Shown here: positions 25,222 to 39,000 of the stretch, in pieces | How positions within the stretch are numbered: the stretch's first letter is position 1 | Layout: each line of letters begins with the position of its first letter | Translations under genes and position numbers: made by a program | The notes under the pieces: model-generated | The model's input: the letters and a program-made list of their open reading frames with translations, nothing else | Databases searched by the model: none | What the model was told of the DNA's origin: nothing | Assembly: GCA_950097015.1 (NCBI GenBank) | Contig: CATNEN010000007.1 | Span: 620,001-684,000, forward strand | Reading direction: 5' to 3' | Length of the DNA: 64,000 nucleotides | DNA from: Macrostomum hystrix | Taxonomy: Eukaryota; Animalia; Platyhelminthes

Positions 25222-27138
25222 GCTGGGAGGTGATTTCCGAATCTGTGATAATCTAGGAGATGATTTCCGAATCTGTGATGATCTGGGAGATGATTTCCGA
25301 ATCTGTGATGATCTGGTAGATGATTTCCGAATCTGTGATGATCTGGTAGATGATTTCCGAATCTGTGATGATCTGGGAGGTGATTTCCGAATCTGTGATG
25401 TACTGGGAGATGATTTCCGAATCTGTGAGGATCTGGGAGGTGATTTCCGAATCTGTGATGATCTGGGAGATGATTTCCGAATCTGTGAGGATCTGGGAGA
25501 TGATTTCCGAATCGGTGATGATCTGGGAGATGATTTCCGAATCTGTGAGGATCTGGGAGATGATTTCCGAATCTGTTATGATCTGGGAGATGATTGCCGA
25601 ATCTGTGATAATCTGGGAGATGATTTCCGAATCTGTGATGATCTGGGAGATGATTTCCGAATCTGTGATGATCTGGGAGATGATTTCCGAATCTGTGATG
25701 ATCTGGGAGATGATTTCCGAATCTGTCATGATCTGGGAGATGATTGCCGAATCTGTGATAATCTGGGAGATGATTTCCGAATCTGTGAGGATCTGGGAGG
25801 TGATTTCCGAATTTGTGATGATCTGAGAGATGATTTCCGAATCTGTGAGGATCTGGGAGGTGATTTCCGAATCTGTGATGATCTGGGAGATGATTTCCGA
25901 ATCTGTGATGATCTGGTAGGTGATTTCCGAATCTGTGATAATCTGGGAGATGATTTCCGAATCTGTGATGATCTGGGAGATGATTTCTGAATCTGTGATG
26001 ATCTGGGAGATGATTGTCGAATCTGTGATGATCTTGGAGATGATTGCCGAATCTGTGATAATCTGGGAGATGATTTCCGAATCTGTGATGATCTGGTAGA
26101 TGATTTCCGAATCTGTGATGATCTGGGAGGTGATTTCCGAATCTGTGATGATCTGGGAGATGATTGCCGAATCTGTGATGATCTGGGAGATGATTTCCGA
26201 ATCTGTGATTATCTGGGAGATGATTTCCGAATCTGTGATCATCTGGGAGATGATTTCCGAATCTGTGAGGATCTGGGAGGTGATTTCCGAATTTGTGATG
26301 ATCTGAGAGATGATTTCCGAATCTGTGAGGATCTGGGAGGTGATTTCCGAATCTGTGATGATCTGGGAGATGATTTCCGAATCTGTGATGATCTGGGAGA
26401 TGATTGTCGAATCTGTGATGATCTGGGAGATGATTGCCGAATCTGTGATGATCTGGGAGGTGATTTCCGAATCTGTGATGATCTGGGAGATGATTGCCGA
26501 ATCTGTGATGATCTGGGAGATGATTTCCGAATCTGTGATGATCTGGGAGATGATTTCCGAATCTGTGATCATCTGGGAGATGATTTCCGAATCTGTGAAG
26601 ATCTGGGAGGTGATTTCCGAATCTGTGAAGATCTGAGAGATGATTTCCGAATCTGTGAGGATCTGGGAGGTGATTTCCGAATCTGTGATGATCTGGGAGA
26701 TGATTTCCGAATCTGTGATGATCTGGTAGGTGATTTCCGAATCTGTGATAATCTGGGAGATGATTTCCGAATCTGTGATGATCTGGGAGATGATTTCCGA
26801 ATCTGTGATGATCTGGGAGATGATTGTCGAATCTGTGATGATCTGGGAGATGATTGCCGAATCTGTGATAATCTGGGAGATGATTTCCGAATCTGTGATG
26901 ATCTGGTAGATGATTTCCGAATCTGTGATGATCTGGGAGGTGATTTCCGAATCTGTGATGATCTGGGAGATGATTGCCGAATCTGTGATAATCTGGGAGA
27001 TGATTTCCGAATCTGTGCTGATCTGGGAGATGATTGCCGAATCTGTGATAATCTGGGAGATGATTTCCGAATCTGTGCTGATCTGGAGATGATTGCCGAA
27101 TCTGTGATAATCTGGGAGATGATTTCCGAATCTGTGCT
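25222..27138. repeat. 30-bp minisatellite GATGATTTCCGAATCTGTGATGATCTGGGA, with higher-order variant blocks
   Basis: About 64 copies. The 439-aa 'ITDSEIISQI' ORF is a by-product of the array. Confidence 0.97.
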
Positions 27139-27705
27139 AGAGTGACGACAACTTTTTCGTTGCAGTTGCTAAAGCTGTAACATTTTTTTAAATGGTGAAC
27201 CTAGAAGTTAAATCGCTAAAGGAAGGAAGTTATAAGTCAATAGCTGTCTTTGCGAACGGGCAAAACTAAGTGAAGTTATATTTCAAAAACAAAAATACCC
27301 TTGGGTACCCTTATGGTCGGAAAAACACCATTCTTTTGAAAAATATCAGTGAACAACAAAACAGATGCTGCACTACTTAGTATACTTCTTAAGTAGTATA
27401 ATTAGACTTGTGTTTTCCGAATAAGTAAAGATTCCGAAATTTTGGAAGAAGAAAATATGTATACATAATAAACCAAAATACGGAAATGGAAAAGGCCTTC
27501 GATTTGGCCCTCGAGAAAAATAAATACTGACTAACAATGCAATCAAACGGCTTAAACCAACAAGGATGAGTATAAATAATGTGTCATCTAAGAAAGCTGT
27601 TAAGCATTAAGCAAAGCATTAAAATAAATTTAAAGAGGAGAAAGCTTGCTTAACCTAAATATCTAAATATCTGACCTAAACATTATTCTCTCTAAAATGA
27701 AAGAT

Positions 27706-28473
27706 TCATGACCGAAATTGACAGATTCATGACCTAAACTCACAGATTTATGACCTATGTTGACAGATTCATGACCTAAACTGACGATTCGATTTATGAC
27801 CTAAATTTACAGATTCATGACCTAAATTTACAGATTTATGACCTAAACTGACAGATTTATGACCTAAGTTGACATATTTATGACCTAAGTTGACATATTC
27901 ATGACCTAAACTAACAGATTTATGACCTAAGTTGACATATTCATGACCTTAACTGACAGATTTATGACCTAAACTGACAGATTTATGACCTAAGTTGACA
28001 TATTCATGACCTAAATTGACAGATTCATGACCTTAACTGACAGATTCATGACCTAAATTTACTGATTTATGACCTAAACTGACAGATTTATGACCTAAAT
28101 TGACAGATTTATGACCTAAATTGACAGATTTATGACCTTAACTGACAGATTCGATTCATGACCTAAATTGACAGATTCATGACCTAAACTGACAGATTTA
28201 TGACCTATGTTGACAGATTCATGACCTTAACTGACAGATTTATGACCTATGTTGACATATTTATGACCTAAGTTGACATATTTATGACCTAAGTTGACAT
28301 ATTCATGACCTAAACTAACAGATTTATGACCTAAGTTGACATATTCATGACCTTAACTGACAGATTTATGACCTAAACTGACAGATTTATGACCTAAGTT
28401 GACATATTCATGACCTAAACTGACAGATTTATGACCTAAATTGACAGATTCATGACCTAAACTGACAGATTTA
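27706..28473. repeat. 21-bp minisatellite (C/T)ATGACCTAAACTGACAGATT, related to the 24-bp CATGACCTAAAACTGA family
   Basis: About 36 copies sharing the CATGACCTAAACTGA core with 14500-14895 and 17685-17836. Confidence 0.93.
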
Positions 28474-28600
28474 CGTTTACACAGCAATTCACTGTGTAAA
28501 CGAACGAGCTTTCATTCAGAGTAAAAAACTTGCGCAGCAATGTAAGCATTTTTAAGTCTCCAAAGTCACAGAAGCTAGAGCACATCTTAGATACCCCAGC

Positions 28601-31600
28601 TCAGTCCTTTCTAATCTTCGGATCCGGGCTGGCCTTGCCGATGACAAACGCTCGCAGGCCGAAGTGGTCCAACATTTGGGCCACAACGCAGCAGCCGTAG
28701 TGAATGTGGGCGGCGACACTCGCAAAGGCCAGGCAGCCGAGGCAGGCGGCCTCAATGCGCAGCGAGGGCTGGCCTAGCAACAGGGCGGCAACCGTCAATG
28801 TGTACAGGCCGGTCAGTTTATTGAACAGCTGGCATCGAGTCTGGCTCATCTGGCTGACGATGAGGCGGCACTGTCAATGAGTGTTTAGCAAGAGCTGTCA
28901 CTGTTTGATTGATATATGACACCTGACCCATTGTAGCACATTGAAGTGCTGTGTATAGTAAATAGATTCCGCATGGTCAGAAAGCATCTTTACAGCGTCT
29001 TCCGGGGAGGTTGTAGCCTAGTTGGGTAGAGCGTCGGACTCAAGGTCGGGGGTTCGATTCCCGACTCCCTGGAACAATATGTCCTTAGCGAGACACATAA
29101 CTCTGCATTGCGTCAATTCACCCAGCTGTTAAATGAGTGCCAGTATTAGCTGCGATAATTCACGGTGGGTGTGGCGCCCCCTCCCCAGTCCATGGACTGA
29201 ACAGCTGTACGCAGCCTTCAGATACGCCGCGCAATAGCTGTCACTGTGCTATCGGCTGCACATTTGGTCCAATTAAGACAGGTGTAATCAACTATTATTA
29301 CTAACTATTAATTAATAGCCTTAGTGATTCTTCTTTGGTCTTCTAAGCGAGAGGTTGGGAGTTCGAATCTCTTTGCATAACAGTTATAAGTTCGAAACTT
29401 ATAACAAAAAAGCACTGACCAGCATCATATACGTATACAGCAAATATATCTGTTTGGTCGCCCGGTCACCTGACAAAATCAACGTGCCTGCAGTAAGGAC
29501 ACTCACTGTACTGACTTTGCTATAAAAAAGTAAAATGCATCTAAAAAATCCATATACGACCATTGCACAGAGAGAGGGAAGATCGAGGGGACGACATTTT
29601 AAACACGGAAGCACATGCATAGCAAAAAAAATTTGGCAACGCTGGAGGTATGACGCTTTGAACAGTAAAAACATTTGGCTCTTCTGCTTTCTTGGTGTTT
29701 GTGTGTGCACAGAAGGTTAAATATTTCCACTTGTGCTGTGAAAGCTCGGGTGTATATAGATATACGATATATGCTTCAGCTTATCGTATGTATAGATTTG
29801 TAAAACAAATTGCCTTGACTGCGGCGCAGAAACAGCTGCGTGTTGAGGAACGACTCGTAATTATAGAACGGCTAGTGAGCTTGACACCATTGCAAGTTGG
29901 AATTTCCTAAATCTGGAGCACAAGTAACCAACAAGCAAACTGGACTAGTTAGAAATTGAAAACTTATCCGCGATACTGATTGGCTTACAGCAATAAGTAC
30001 TTTAAGGAGGAAGATTACAAAGTTAGTAGATAGTGTCAAATCTAACAGTCTAGACAAGATTTTACTTTGGGTAGATAAGACTCTAATCTGGGTAGATAAG
30101 ACTCTAATCTGAGTAGATAAGACTCTAATCTGGGAAGATAAGACTCAAATCTGGGTAGATAAGACTCTAATCTGGGAAGATAAGACTCAAATCTGGGTAG
30201 ATAAGGCTCTAATCTGGGAAGATAAGACTCAAATCTGGGTAGACAAGACTCAAATCTGGGTAGACAAGACTCAAATCTGGGTAGATAAGACTCTAATCTG
30301 GGTAGATAAGACTCTAATCTGGGTAGACAAGACTCAAATCTGGGTAGACAAGACTCAAATCTGGGTAGATAATACTCTAATCTGGGTAGATAAGACTCTA
30401 ATCTGGGTAGATAAGACTCTAATCTGGGTAGATAAGACTCTAATCTGGGTAGATAAGACTCTAATCTGGGTAGATAAGACTCTAATCTGGGTAGACAAGA
30501 CTGAATCCTGGAAGATAACACTGAAATCTGAGTAAGACTTTAACCAAATCAGAATAGATAAGACCCACTGTGAATACAAAGTCTCAAATCTGAGTAGACC
30601 AGACTCACAGTGACATTGCTGAACACAGTGCCCAATGCCGTGTAGAACAGTCTCGGACAGGTATTCATCACGGCATTAGGCGACAGGTGAGCCCATGCGG
30701 CCGAGGCAGCCAATAGCAGCAGAGCGGGTGCCAGGGGTTCGAGAGCTCGCAGAACGTTGGCATGGCGACAATTGCCAGCCTTGACTGCGACTATTACATT
30801 GTAGATGGTCAGCGGCAAGCACAGAATCCAGAATCCAGCTGCGTGAAGAGACATTGTACGTATTGTAGTTACTTGATAATAATTACTCATCACTAGACCC
30901 TAGACACTAGTGGTGACACTAGAACCGCAGACAGCGAGGAGGCAACTCTCGCTAACTCCTGACCGTACACGCACACAGACACTGTACGCAGGTACACACT
31001 CAAACAGGTGTGTACATCTTCCCTGACTTTCTCATCGCCAGACAGTGCACACTCTCACTGTGCCTTGGAGGTCGGCTCTCAATGGCGTAAATTGCACGAC
31101 AAGCCCCCAAGCCTTCTCTCCGCGGCTGCGCCCCAAATGAATGTGGCCTCGCCGCGGAATCGAACCCACGGACCTTGGTGTGAGAGTCAACCGCTCTGCC
31201 ACTCACCCTCTTGCTGTACAGGTTACATAATGATATGCGGATAAACTCCCATATGCTAAGTAGGTGACGAGGAATTCTTGCTACACAAACTCAAGATATA
31301 GCTACTCGCGCCGTTTACCCTGCACTTCAATAGGAAATCCGATAGTTATTTTTTAGAATCTAAAAATAAAAATCAAGTCGGCTCACAATAGACCACGGCC
31401 ACTGCGAGGTCCGGATAGGTCCAATCGGCGAATGCGAAGCCCTGCCAGAATTCTGTGCCTAGAGCATAGGTGGCCAGGTAGAGAAGCACTAGACCAACCT
31501 GAGGACCAGGCGGTATCCGTGTGAGGTGAGGAATTTGGTTAGGGTAGAATGACAAGAACAGACAGAAAACCTGTAAGGCTGACTGGCACACAAAATAGAC

Positions 31601-33584
31601 AAACAGTAACCTAAGTCTAGTCAGATACCTAAGACAGAACACCTAAGACGGACAAATTCAACAGAAAGAAGAATACTAATGACAGACATAGACAACCAAA
31701 ATAGACAGACACCTAAGAGTTTAAGACAGACAACTTAAGACAGATAGACAGACAAACAGTAGGACAGACAGACACCAATGACATACTGACTGACATTTAA
31801 GACAGACAGACAAGACAGCAGCCTGGAGACACCCCACACGCACTCACCTGGCTGAGATCGTAGCCCCAGGGCAGGAACAGCACCCCGGTGACGTACTTCT
31901 CCCAGTGGGACAGAAAGAACTGTCCCATCACGGCCAGATAGACGTAGTACAGTTGCTGGGGATTCACGCCGAATCTGCCGCGGCCAAACACGGAGTGGGC
32001 CACCATTGGGAACAGCAGCGTGGACCAGGAGTCGAGGCCATGATCGAATAGTTCCCCTATTGGCGAACTGCTGCCAGTGCGACGTGCCTGCTTGCCATCC
32101 AAGCCGTCTGCAGCGGATGTTCGTTGGTCCATTGGCTATCCTTCCGTCTTGGATAATCGATCTTTCCCAGTATCTCTTAAATATCCCTTAGACCCTCTCT
32201 CACGAATCTCTCACGGCACCCCTAAAATCTCACTCAGACTCTCACATATCTATCCCAGTATCTTTCGAATCTCACCCACACTCGCTCAAATTGATTCACT
32301 CCCTTCTGTCTCTCAACTTTCGCTCAGACTCATACGAATATATCCCAGAATCTTTAGGTGTCTGGAATATTTTTCTATTTTCAATCTGATTAACTTTTAA
32401 TTCCCCCACACAGTCTCCAAGACACAAAATATTGTATTGCACCAATTAGTAAATAACTCCATCTTTTTCAATTACCTAGTGTGTGGGATAGAAATCCCAG
32501 TAAAGCACTGGCCAACCACAGACCAGCTGGCGCAGCAGGGAACTGGGAATAATCCACAGATGAGGCGTACATCTCAGGATCATAGTACGCAACCAATAGG
32601 GCATTGATCACTAGGCAGAGAAAGCCAGACAGTGTCATTAGATTTGGGGCTAGCCAGCGAGGCATGTACTAAAAAGTTATTTGTAACAAACAAATATGTA
32701 CTATTATTCTTAGAGAAAAAGGTGAAAGAGGTTTTCCCAAAGACTTACCTGGACAAGCCAGTTCCAGAATGGGTGCATTACATAATTCGAGAATGGACTT
32801 GTATCCTGCGATGAGTACTAAATGTAAATGGAAAGTGGATTGCAGTTGTTAAAGTCATTTCATTTAGTTTTTGGAGGGTATCTAAGAAATTATACTCAAA
32901 TGCTTTAGGTACTTGTCTTGAAGCAAATTTCTTTTTTTGTATTTTTGATCACCTTTTTTAATTATTTCATTAAATTTTTTTGGCTTACATAATGTAGAAT
33001 ACTGCATTATCATAAGATAACTATAGTATATGCCTTATTGATAGAATACCCCAGATGTGTACAAAAGATAAAAGAATGCTAAATATTTTATTAGCAATTT
33101 TTACAACAATTAAAGTGTCTAGCAAAAGATTTGTGAATCTATATAATTAGAATTCCTTTAAACAAATTTGATGCACACAAATATCTGCTTTGTGTGCATT
33201 GATAACAAAGTTCAGTCTAAAAAAATATTGCCTGCAAACTAAAATAGGCCTAGATAGGCCAAACTAGTATAGTCTATATAACAATTTTCTTATTCTTAAT
33301 AGCTAACCCCATACTTAAAATATATCAATAAGCTTCTTAAAATAATACAAAAACTCAACAAAAACATTTTCACTCTACTATAATTGTAGAGTAGGCCTAT
33401 AGTTACGCATGAAATGGTATAGGCTAGGCCTGGCTAAGCTACATTGTCATTAATTTTGTCTAGTAAATCATTATTAATGTACATAGCTATTTATGTTGTA
33501 AAAAATAATGCTTTTCTTTACCTTGTATGAATCAAAGCCATGAATAACGTCGCCATTTAAATACTTGTAATACAATAGACCCAT
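28601..33584 (-). CDS. SELENOI: Ethanolaminephosphotransferase 1 (EPT1/SELENOI-like, CDP-alcohol phosphotransferase); exons 33584-33522, 32817-32749, 32668-32476, 32107-31848, 31498-31387, 30838-30609, 28870-28601; 398 aa
   Basis: Motifs [59 protein letters not shown] (CDP-alcohol motif), [25 protein letters not shown] and [13 protein letters not shown]. All junctions are GT-AG and in frame. Confidence 0.9.
29004..29310 (+). mobile_element. tRNA-derived SINE family B, near-full-length copy
   Basis: A-box-like TAGCCTAGTTGG and B-box GGTTCGATTCCC. Central TGTCCTTAGCGAGACACATAACTC..CACCCAGCTGTTAAATGAGT resembles CORE/Meta-type SINE domains. TTA-rich tail. Confidence 0.75.
30055..30505. repeat. 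21-bp minisatellite GGTAGATAAGACTCTAATCTG (EPT1 intron 6)
   Basis: About 21 tandem copies. Confidence 0.95.
30905..31208 (-). mobile_element. tRNA-derived SINE family A, near-full-length copy
   Basis: Reverse strand begins GGGTGAGTGGCAGAGCGG (A-box) ... GGGTTCGATTCC (B-box). The body is shared with 41757-41975, 42024-42208, 52141-52345, 8822-8910 and 59597-59660. Confidence 0.78.
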
Positions 33585-36056
33585 TGTTGTTTTCAAATAT
33601 ATTTATTAGGCTGCTTTTGCTTTCGTGCCTTCAGAAGTTGTATCCTAAGCAAAGCTTGGTACAGTTTAACTTTTAAGAAATCTGCGGAGTAAAATTAAAA
33701 TATTAGCTGAATAACTACTATAGAGCTATATTTTATCATTGAGGTCCGAAATCCGAATGAAGTGAACGGCAAGTCGTTTAATTTGACTACTTTAATCGAT
33801 AAAGAATAGAAACTAAACACATCGATGTTACAGTTGTTGGAATGATATTATGGTGATAGCTTTGCAGGTTTTTCTACTGCAGGGAGTGGCAATGAATCAG
33901 CAATGAGCTATTTATTTATGAGCAAGCTGTATACGTTCAGTTAAAATCGTAATTTGCTAAGAAGACAACAGTCCGGTTACTGATTTTAAATTAGGCGGAT
34001 TTCTATGAAAGCGTTAATGAATGTGACGTGACTGTCATTGAATTTCAGATTCCACAGCACCAGGTAATGTAAAAAATATTGTCATTAATAAACTTTATGG
34101 TGCACGGCAGACTGTACTGACTTTTCTGACTGAGAAAAAGTCACTCAAAATTAGATTATTTTAAACACGCATTCCAGTTGTTTTTTTTCATTTTCTTTTT
34201 GAAGTCAGCTACAATCAATTGTCGAACTTCTCATTATGGCAAAATGAAGCGCCCTTAATTGGTTCGCTTAATCTTACATAAAAAATTGCAAAAACATGTC
34301 CTATTCTCAGGCCAACCTGATTCCATGTGATCATATGCACGTGATAAACTCATCATCGTTATCAACAAAGATGCACTTTTTTCAAAGTTTACATGTTCCA
34401 TGTTAATTAAGCCCACATTAATTTGTATGTTCTCCTAGCTCAGCAGGGCATAGCAACTTTATAGCAACTGCTAGTCAAGCAAGTAGCTCTGAAAACACTT
34501 CAGGTGTTCTGAACACTCTAAAATACCGGTGTAGGCTACCGTCAATAGTGTGATGTTGCTCTGTTGAGAAAGTTCCCGCGACTTCGACCGCGAATGGGTT
34601 CCGTATTACCGCAGAGTGCCACGGTCCTGAGTCAAGACGATTGTCCTAAGCTGTAGTTTCTATATAGATCTGTTCGATGTGGCTCATCGCGGTGGTGTCC
34701 AAACGTCAGGCTTGATGATGATCGAAAGCCACTTTTCGACAGATTTTCCGACGTCGCTCACGACGTTGAATGGAAATGGAAACTTTATTTCTCGCTTCGA
34801 GCTGATTCTGCGTCGTTAATTTTTTTTCTTCGGTTTTCTTATGTTTCATGCGTTTTTTGTTTTCTCTGTAAAGTCAGTCGACGTCGGATTGCAGTTGTAG
34901 GGGCAGCTTTTTACTTCATTTCGAACAGCTCGCTTCCGTAACCAAACGGGCACAGCGCCTATGACTTGGCAAGCACCTGGCTGTTAATGCGAATTAGGCC
35001 GTCCGAGACTGTATATAGCTCTGCAAGAATGGCAGACTCTTCGACAAGCACGAAGCTGCATACAGACTAAGTCGAAGGCAGTGAGTAGGCCTCTCATCGC
35101 TTTCCAACTGCTCAATAAGTGGCTATTAGTATAGGCCAGCTGGAGCTTAATTGGCTGCTAGCAGTTGGTGGCGTTACTTCTAAAAAGTTGCTAACTCGTA
35201 CGCACACTTTTATGTTACCTTATTGTGCTTGTCTAGAGGTAAGATGAGGCTATGATATATTTTGAGGAATTTAACAAATATTCCGAAGCGTTTGGAAGAA
35301 TTATATGCAGAAACGGTAAACAGATTTACCTAAAATTACTATTAACCGGTAGTTGCTAATCCTTAGTTAGATATCCAATCTAGTAAACTATCTCCCCAAT
35401 AATTTGGTAAACTGTGCTCAATGCAACTCAAAAAGAATATTGTACGATTGTGTCACAGTTGAGTCTGATTGCTTACGGTGCACTACGAAAGTTTTTAGCC
35501 ACGTCTAAACGGAAACAGCTATGAAGCTGGAATTTTCACAGCTTCTCAAAGTTTTCTCCACCAGCCTGGATGCAGCGCCTCATCCTCTCAAACCAGTTGA
35601 CGAAGCAGTGGTGCCACTCAGAAGTCGACAGCCCTTCCACCATCTCGTAGAATGCATCAGCAGCCTCCTCTGCAGTCGAAAATCGGCGACCACGTAGCGA
35701 GTCTTTGACTTTAGGGAACAAAAAAAGTCACACGGTGCCAGATCAGGCGAGTATGGCGGGTGACTGGTCAGCTGCAGTCCCTGAGTCTGCAGGAACTGCC
35801 GTGTTGCCTGAGCCGTGTGAGCGCTCGCGTTGTCCTGATGCAGCGTGAGGCCTCGGACACTGACTTCGGACGCATCCTGCTCAGGCTGTGAATGACCTGC
35901 GGCAAGCAGACGCTGGTATAACAGGCCGCAGTCACCGTGCGCTGGTCCGGCAGCCGCACAGTCGCCACGTGACCTGAGCGACGGAAAAAAGTCGCGACCA
36001 TTTGCTTGCCGGTGCTCCTGCCCCGCACGACCTTCGTTGGCGGCACCTCGTCCGGA

Positions 36057-39000
36057 CCCGCACAGCAAAGGGACGTATCATTTAGGTGACATATACGTAT
36101 CACCGGAAACGTTCGGAAAAAATGACCTTTTTGTCCAATGTTTTATTTTCAAAGCTGGCTTTTGCTTTACCCTGATTTGAAAAATTAAAGGAAGTCGAAA
36201 ATATTATTTTTAGACCATTTTGAGCAGGCAGCAAAAGTCACTTATACGTATCAATACGTATCGCTAAAACCTTCGATGTTATGCCGTATGGACAAAAATA
36301 TTTTGACTTATATAAATGTATACTATTTACTAATAAGAATTATCCGACAGGCTTGACTTTTTAATGCATGCCTTAGCAATGTGTTTATGTACGCAATTTA
36401 AATTAGTTTAAATTAGTACTATAAATTATTTTTTTGAATGCCAAAACGCGCGTGTACAGAGCGCTCTTTCTACATTAATGCTAAACCACCTTGCATTGCA
36501 CTCACCACTCGCAATCAACCAAAATCTTTGAACTTTTACATAAGACATATATAACTTGTAAATTGTAATTATAAAGAAGTCTTTTGTCTTAAATTAAGTA
36601 AACAAAAAAGAGGAAAGACACTAAATTATGTTAGTGTAGTGTATTATCAAACTGAACAATAATTTAAGATTTGTTTCAAATTAAAAAAACTGCTATGAAA
36701 AATGGCATAACATTGTTTCTTTCAAAAGGAAATTGTATATAATAGTTCTTTTTTTCAAAAAAGTGTGACTTTAAATAAATAGATTATTAAAAATGCTATG
36801 ACAATTTAATCATCAAAACAAACATTGATTTTGGTATTGTTAGACCAAAAATAGAAATCTGTTGTCAAGTTTTCAACTTCAAACAGTCATAATAAAAGTT
36901 ATTAGAGATCTAAAGTAAAACAATTTCAAAAGAAAATAGTTTAATGTTTCCTATAGAAAAATGTTTATACAAAAACAATAAAGGACCATTTCTTACTTTT
37001 AACTATAAAAATGGCTGTCTTAGATTTTATAATTTTGTCTTAGATTCTCCACAGATAATCTTTTGCACTTATATTTGGTCAATGAAGTCTTCTTTCTAAA
37101 GAGCCTTCACCTAAGAAAATATTTTAACAAGACTAATCTCATGTTTGGTTTTGATAATATGCTATTTAGTTTCATGATACATTACTCTAGTATAAAATAA
37201 CAATTAAATATATATTCTAGTAGACTATTGAATTGCTAACATACCATAACATAGTATTTGGCTCATTTATAAAGTGGACAACTAATAAAAAATACTCTTT
37301 AACTTTTCCAGCTCATGAGCAAACATAAAAAATCAGCTGCAAGGCTAATGAAAATTAGTCACTGTTTAGTAGATAGTATTAATGACTCAGGATCTACTGA
37401 ACTATATTTAGAACCATCTACTAAATTTCATCATCCAACCAACTAATAGTAGTTCTGATGATTCTCAACTATTTGAACAGTAATCTGAAGCTTGTGTAGA
37501 ACAGTTTCTGAAAAGAAGTTGGAAATGTATAACCCAGAAAGTGAAAAGAGCTCCAGTTCAACTATTTCTGATGACCAGTCTAGTGAGATGTCTAGTGATA
37601 GTGATGAGTTTTGGAAGTCATCATTAAGTGGCAATAGCAGCAAAGAGCCGACAAGCCTCCAAGGTCTTCCAGTGCGCTCTCTTGATGCACTGAAGCAATT
37701 TGTCAAGCAGGTGGATGAGGTTCCTACTGTGAAGGCAGCCTTCGTAAGTTTTAAAATGCTGGCCTCAAATCTGTGAAACTTCAAGTTAATTTATTTTTTT
37801 TGTACTTATAACAGCTCCAGCAGTTAGCTCTGTGGATAGAGACCCACCCGAAGCTGACTGACGCAATTACAATGATGCTGCTCTGTACCTTGGCCACCCC
37901 GACAGTGCTTCAGCACCTCAGTATGGAAGGCCGAAAGGGCAAGCAAAGATTGCCACCTGCAGTGGCCGAGAGCATTGTTCGTGAGTATTCCAGTTTGAAA
38001 TAATCTATTTGAATGCAGCTTTCTGGAATCTGGACTAAGGATTCACATTTGGGCTTTATGTAAAAAAACTTTTCAGATATTCTTGTTGGATCTAAAGTTT
38101 ACCGCCGACAGTTGGGTAACAATAAACCGCGTAGCTGCATTGGTGAAGTCCTCAAGAGAATGAAGAGGCGGGCTGCTGGGGAGGTTCAGGAAGAGGCAAG
38201 CGGTCGTGAGGAGACAAGCGATCGAGAGGCAAGTGATCAGGAGACAAGCGATCGGGAGGCGAGCGATCGGGTGGCAAGCGATCGAGAGGCGAGCGATCGA
38301 GAGGCGAGCGATCGAGAGGCGAGCGATCGAGAGGCGAGCGATCGGGAGGCGAGCGATTGGGAGGAGGGTAGCGATTATTGATTGTTCCTTCTCGATTATG
38401 CAATCATGTCAGCGATTACCCCCCTATTGGACTCCTAACCTGTTGCTGTGTTGTGCAACTATTGTTCTTAACACTATTCTGTCCACTATTTCGTAACCGC
38501 ATACCAGGAGGCCATGATTAACAGCCTCCCCTGAGCGAAACTACCGGCTACCCCCCCTCCGAACCCTCATTTTTCTTTTATCATGCGCTTCTCACATTCT
38601 CGATGTCGGTTTCGGACACAGTGTCGAATCAGAGAGCGAGAGAGTGGCCTCAATGACCTCAATTTGCGACTCTTTTAAATAGAATATTTTATATCGCGCC
38701 TTAAACTCTTGACTCACTTGACGCCTGCCGATTGCGACCATGGATTTCTCCCATGCTTTTATCTTGCCCCGGGACTGTACTGGAAGACTCATCCCCTTTC
38801 GTGATTGTCCTGCCCGGCAACCGTACTGGCCAAAAGAGAACTGTCCCGACCCTGCCCGCCGGCACTGCTCTAGAGGCCAGCACGACAGCAGCAATCCCCA
38901 ACTTTCGTTGTCTACCACTCTCTCAATTTGTCACTGGTCCCCTGTCATTGCTAAGCTCCGCTACCTGTCATTGCTTATTTCGTAAGCCTTACTTCCACTC

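Noticed and set aside
25253-26572. 439-aa ORF and other periodic ORFs (14448-14903, 23227-23727, 30042-30521, 8068-8562, 49341-49985, 61802-62650)
   Set aside because: These are translations of stop-free minisatellite units, mostly intronic, with no unique coding sequence.
28500-28603. EPT1/SELENOI terminal TGA as a selenocysteine codon
   Set aside because: Aligned to recalled human KPNSD-U, the equivalent position here is Pro (KASPD-P) and the TGA falls six codons later. The only GTGA..AA..GA-like candidate is ~30 nt from the TGA and pairs poorly. A SECISearch run would settle it.
29004-29070. tRNA genes (also ~31140-31208 and ~41757-41825)
   Set aside because: A/B boxes are present, but there is no complete cloverleaf and each continues into a shared repetitive body, so these are SINE heads.
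38592-38918. Minus-strand ORF in the nested element as a transposase remnant
   Set aside because: No recognisable DDE or CMC motifs, and a non-ATG start.
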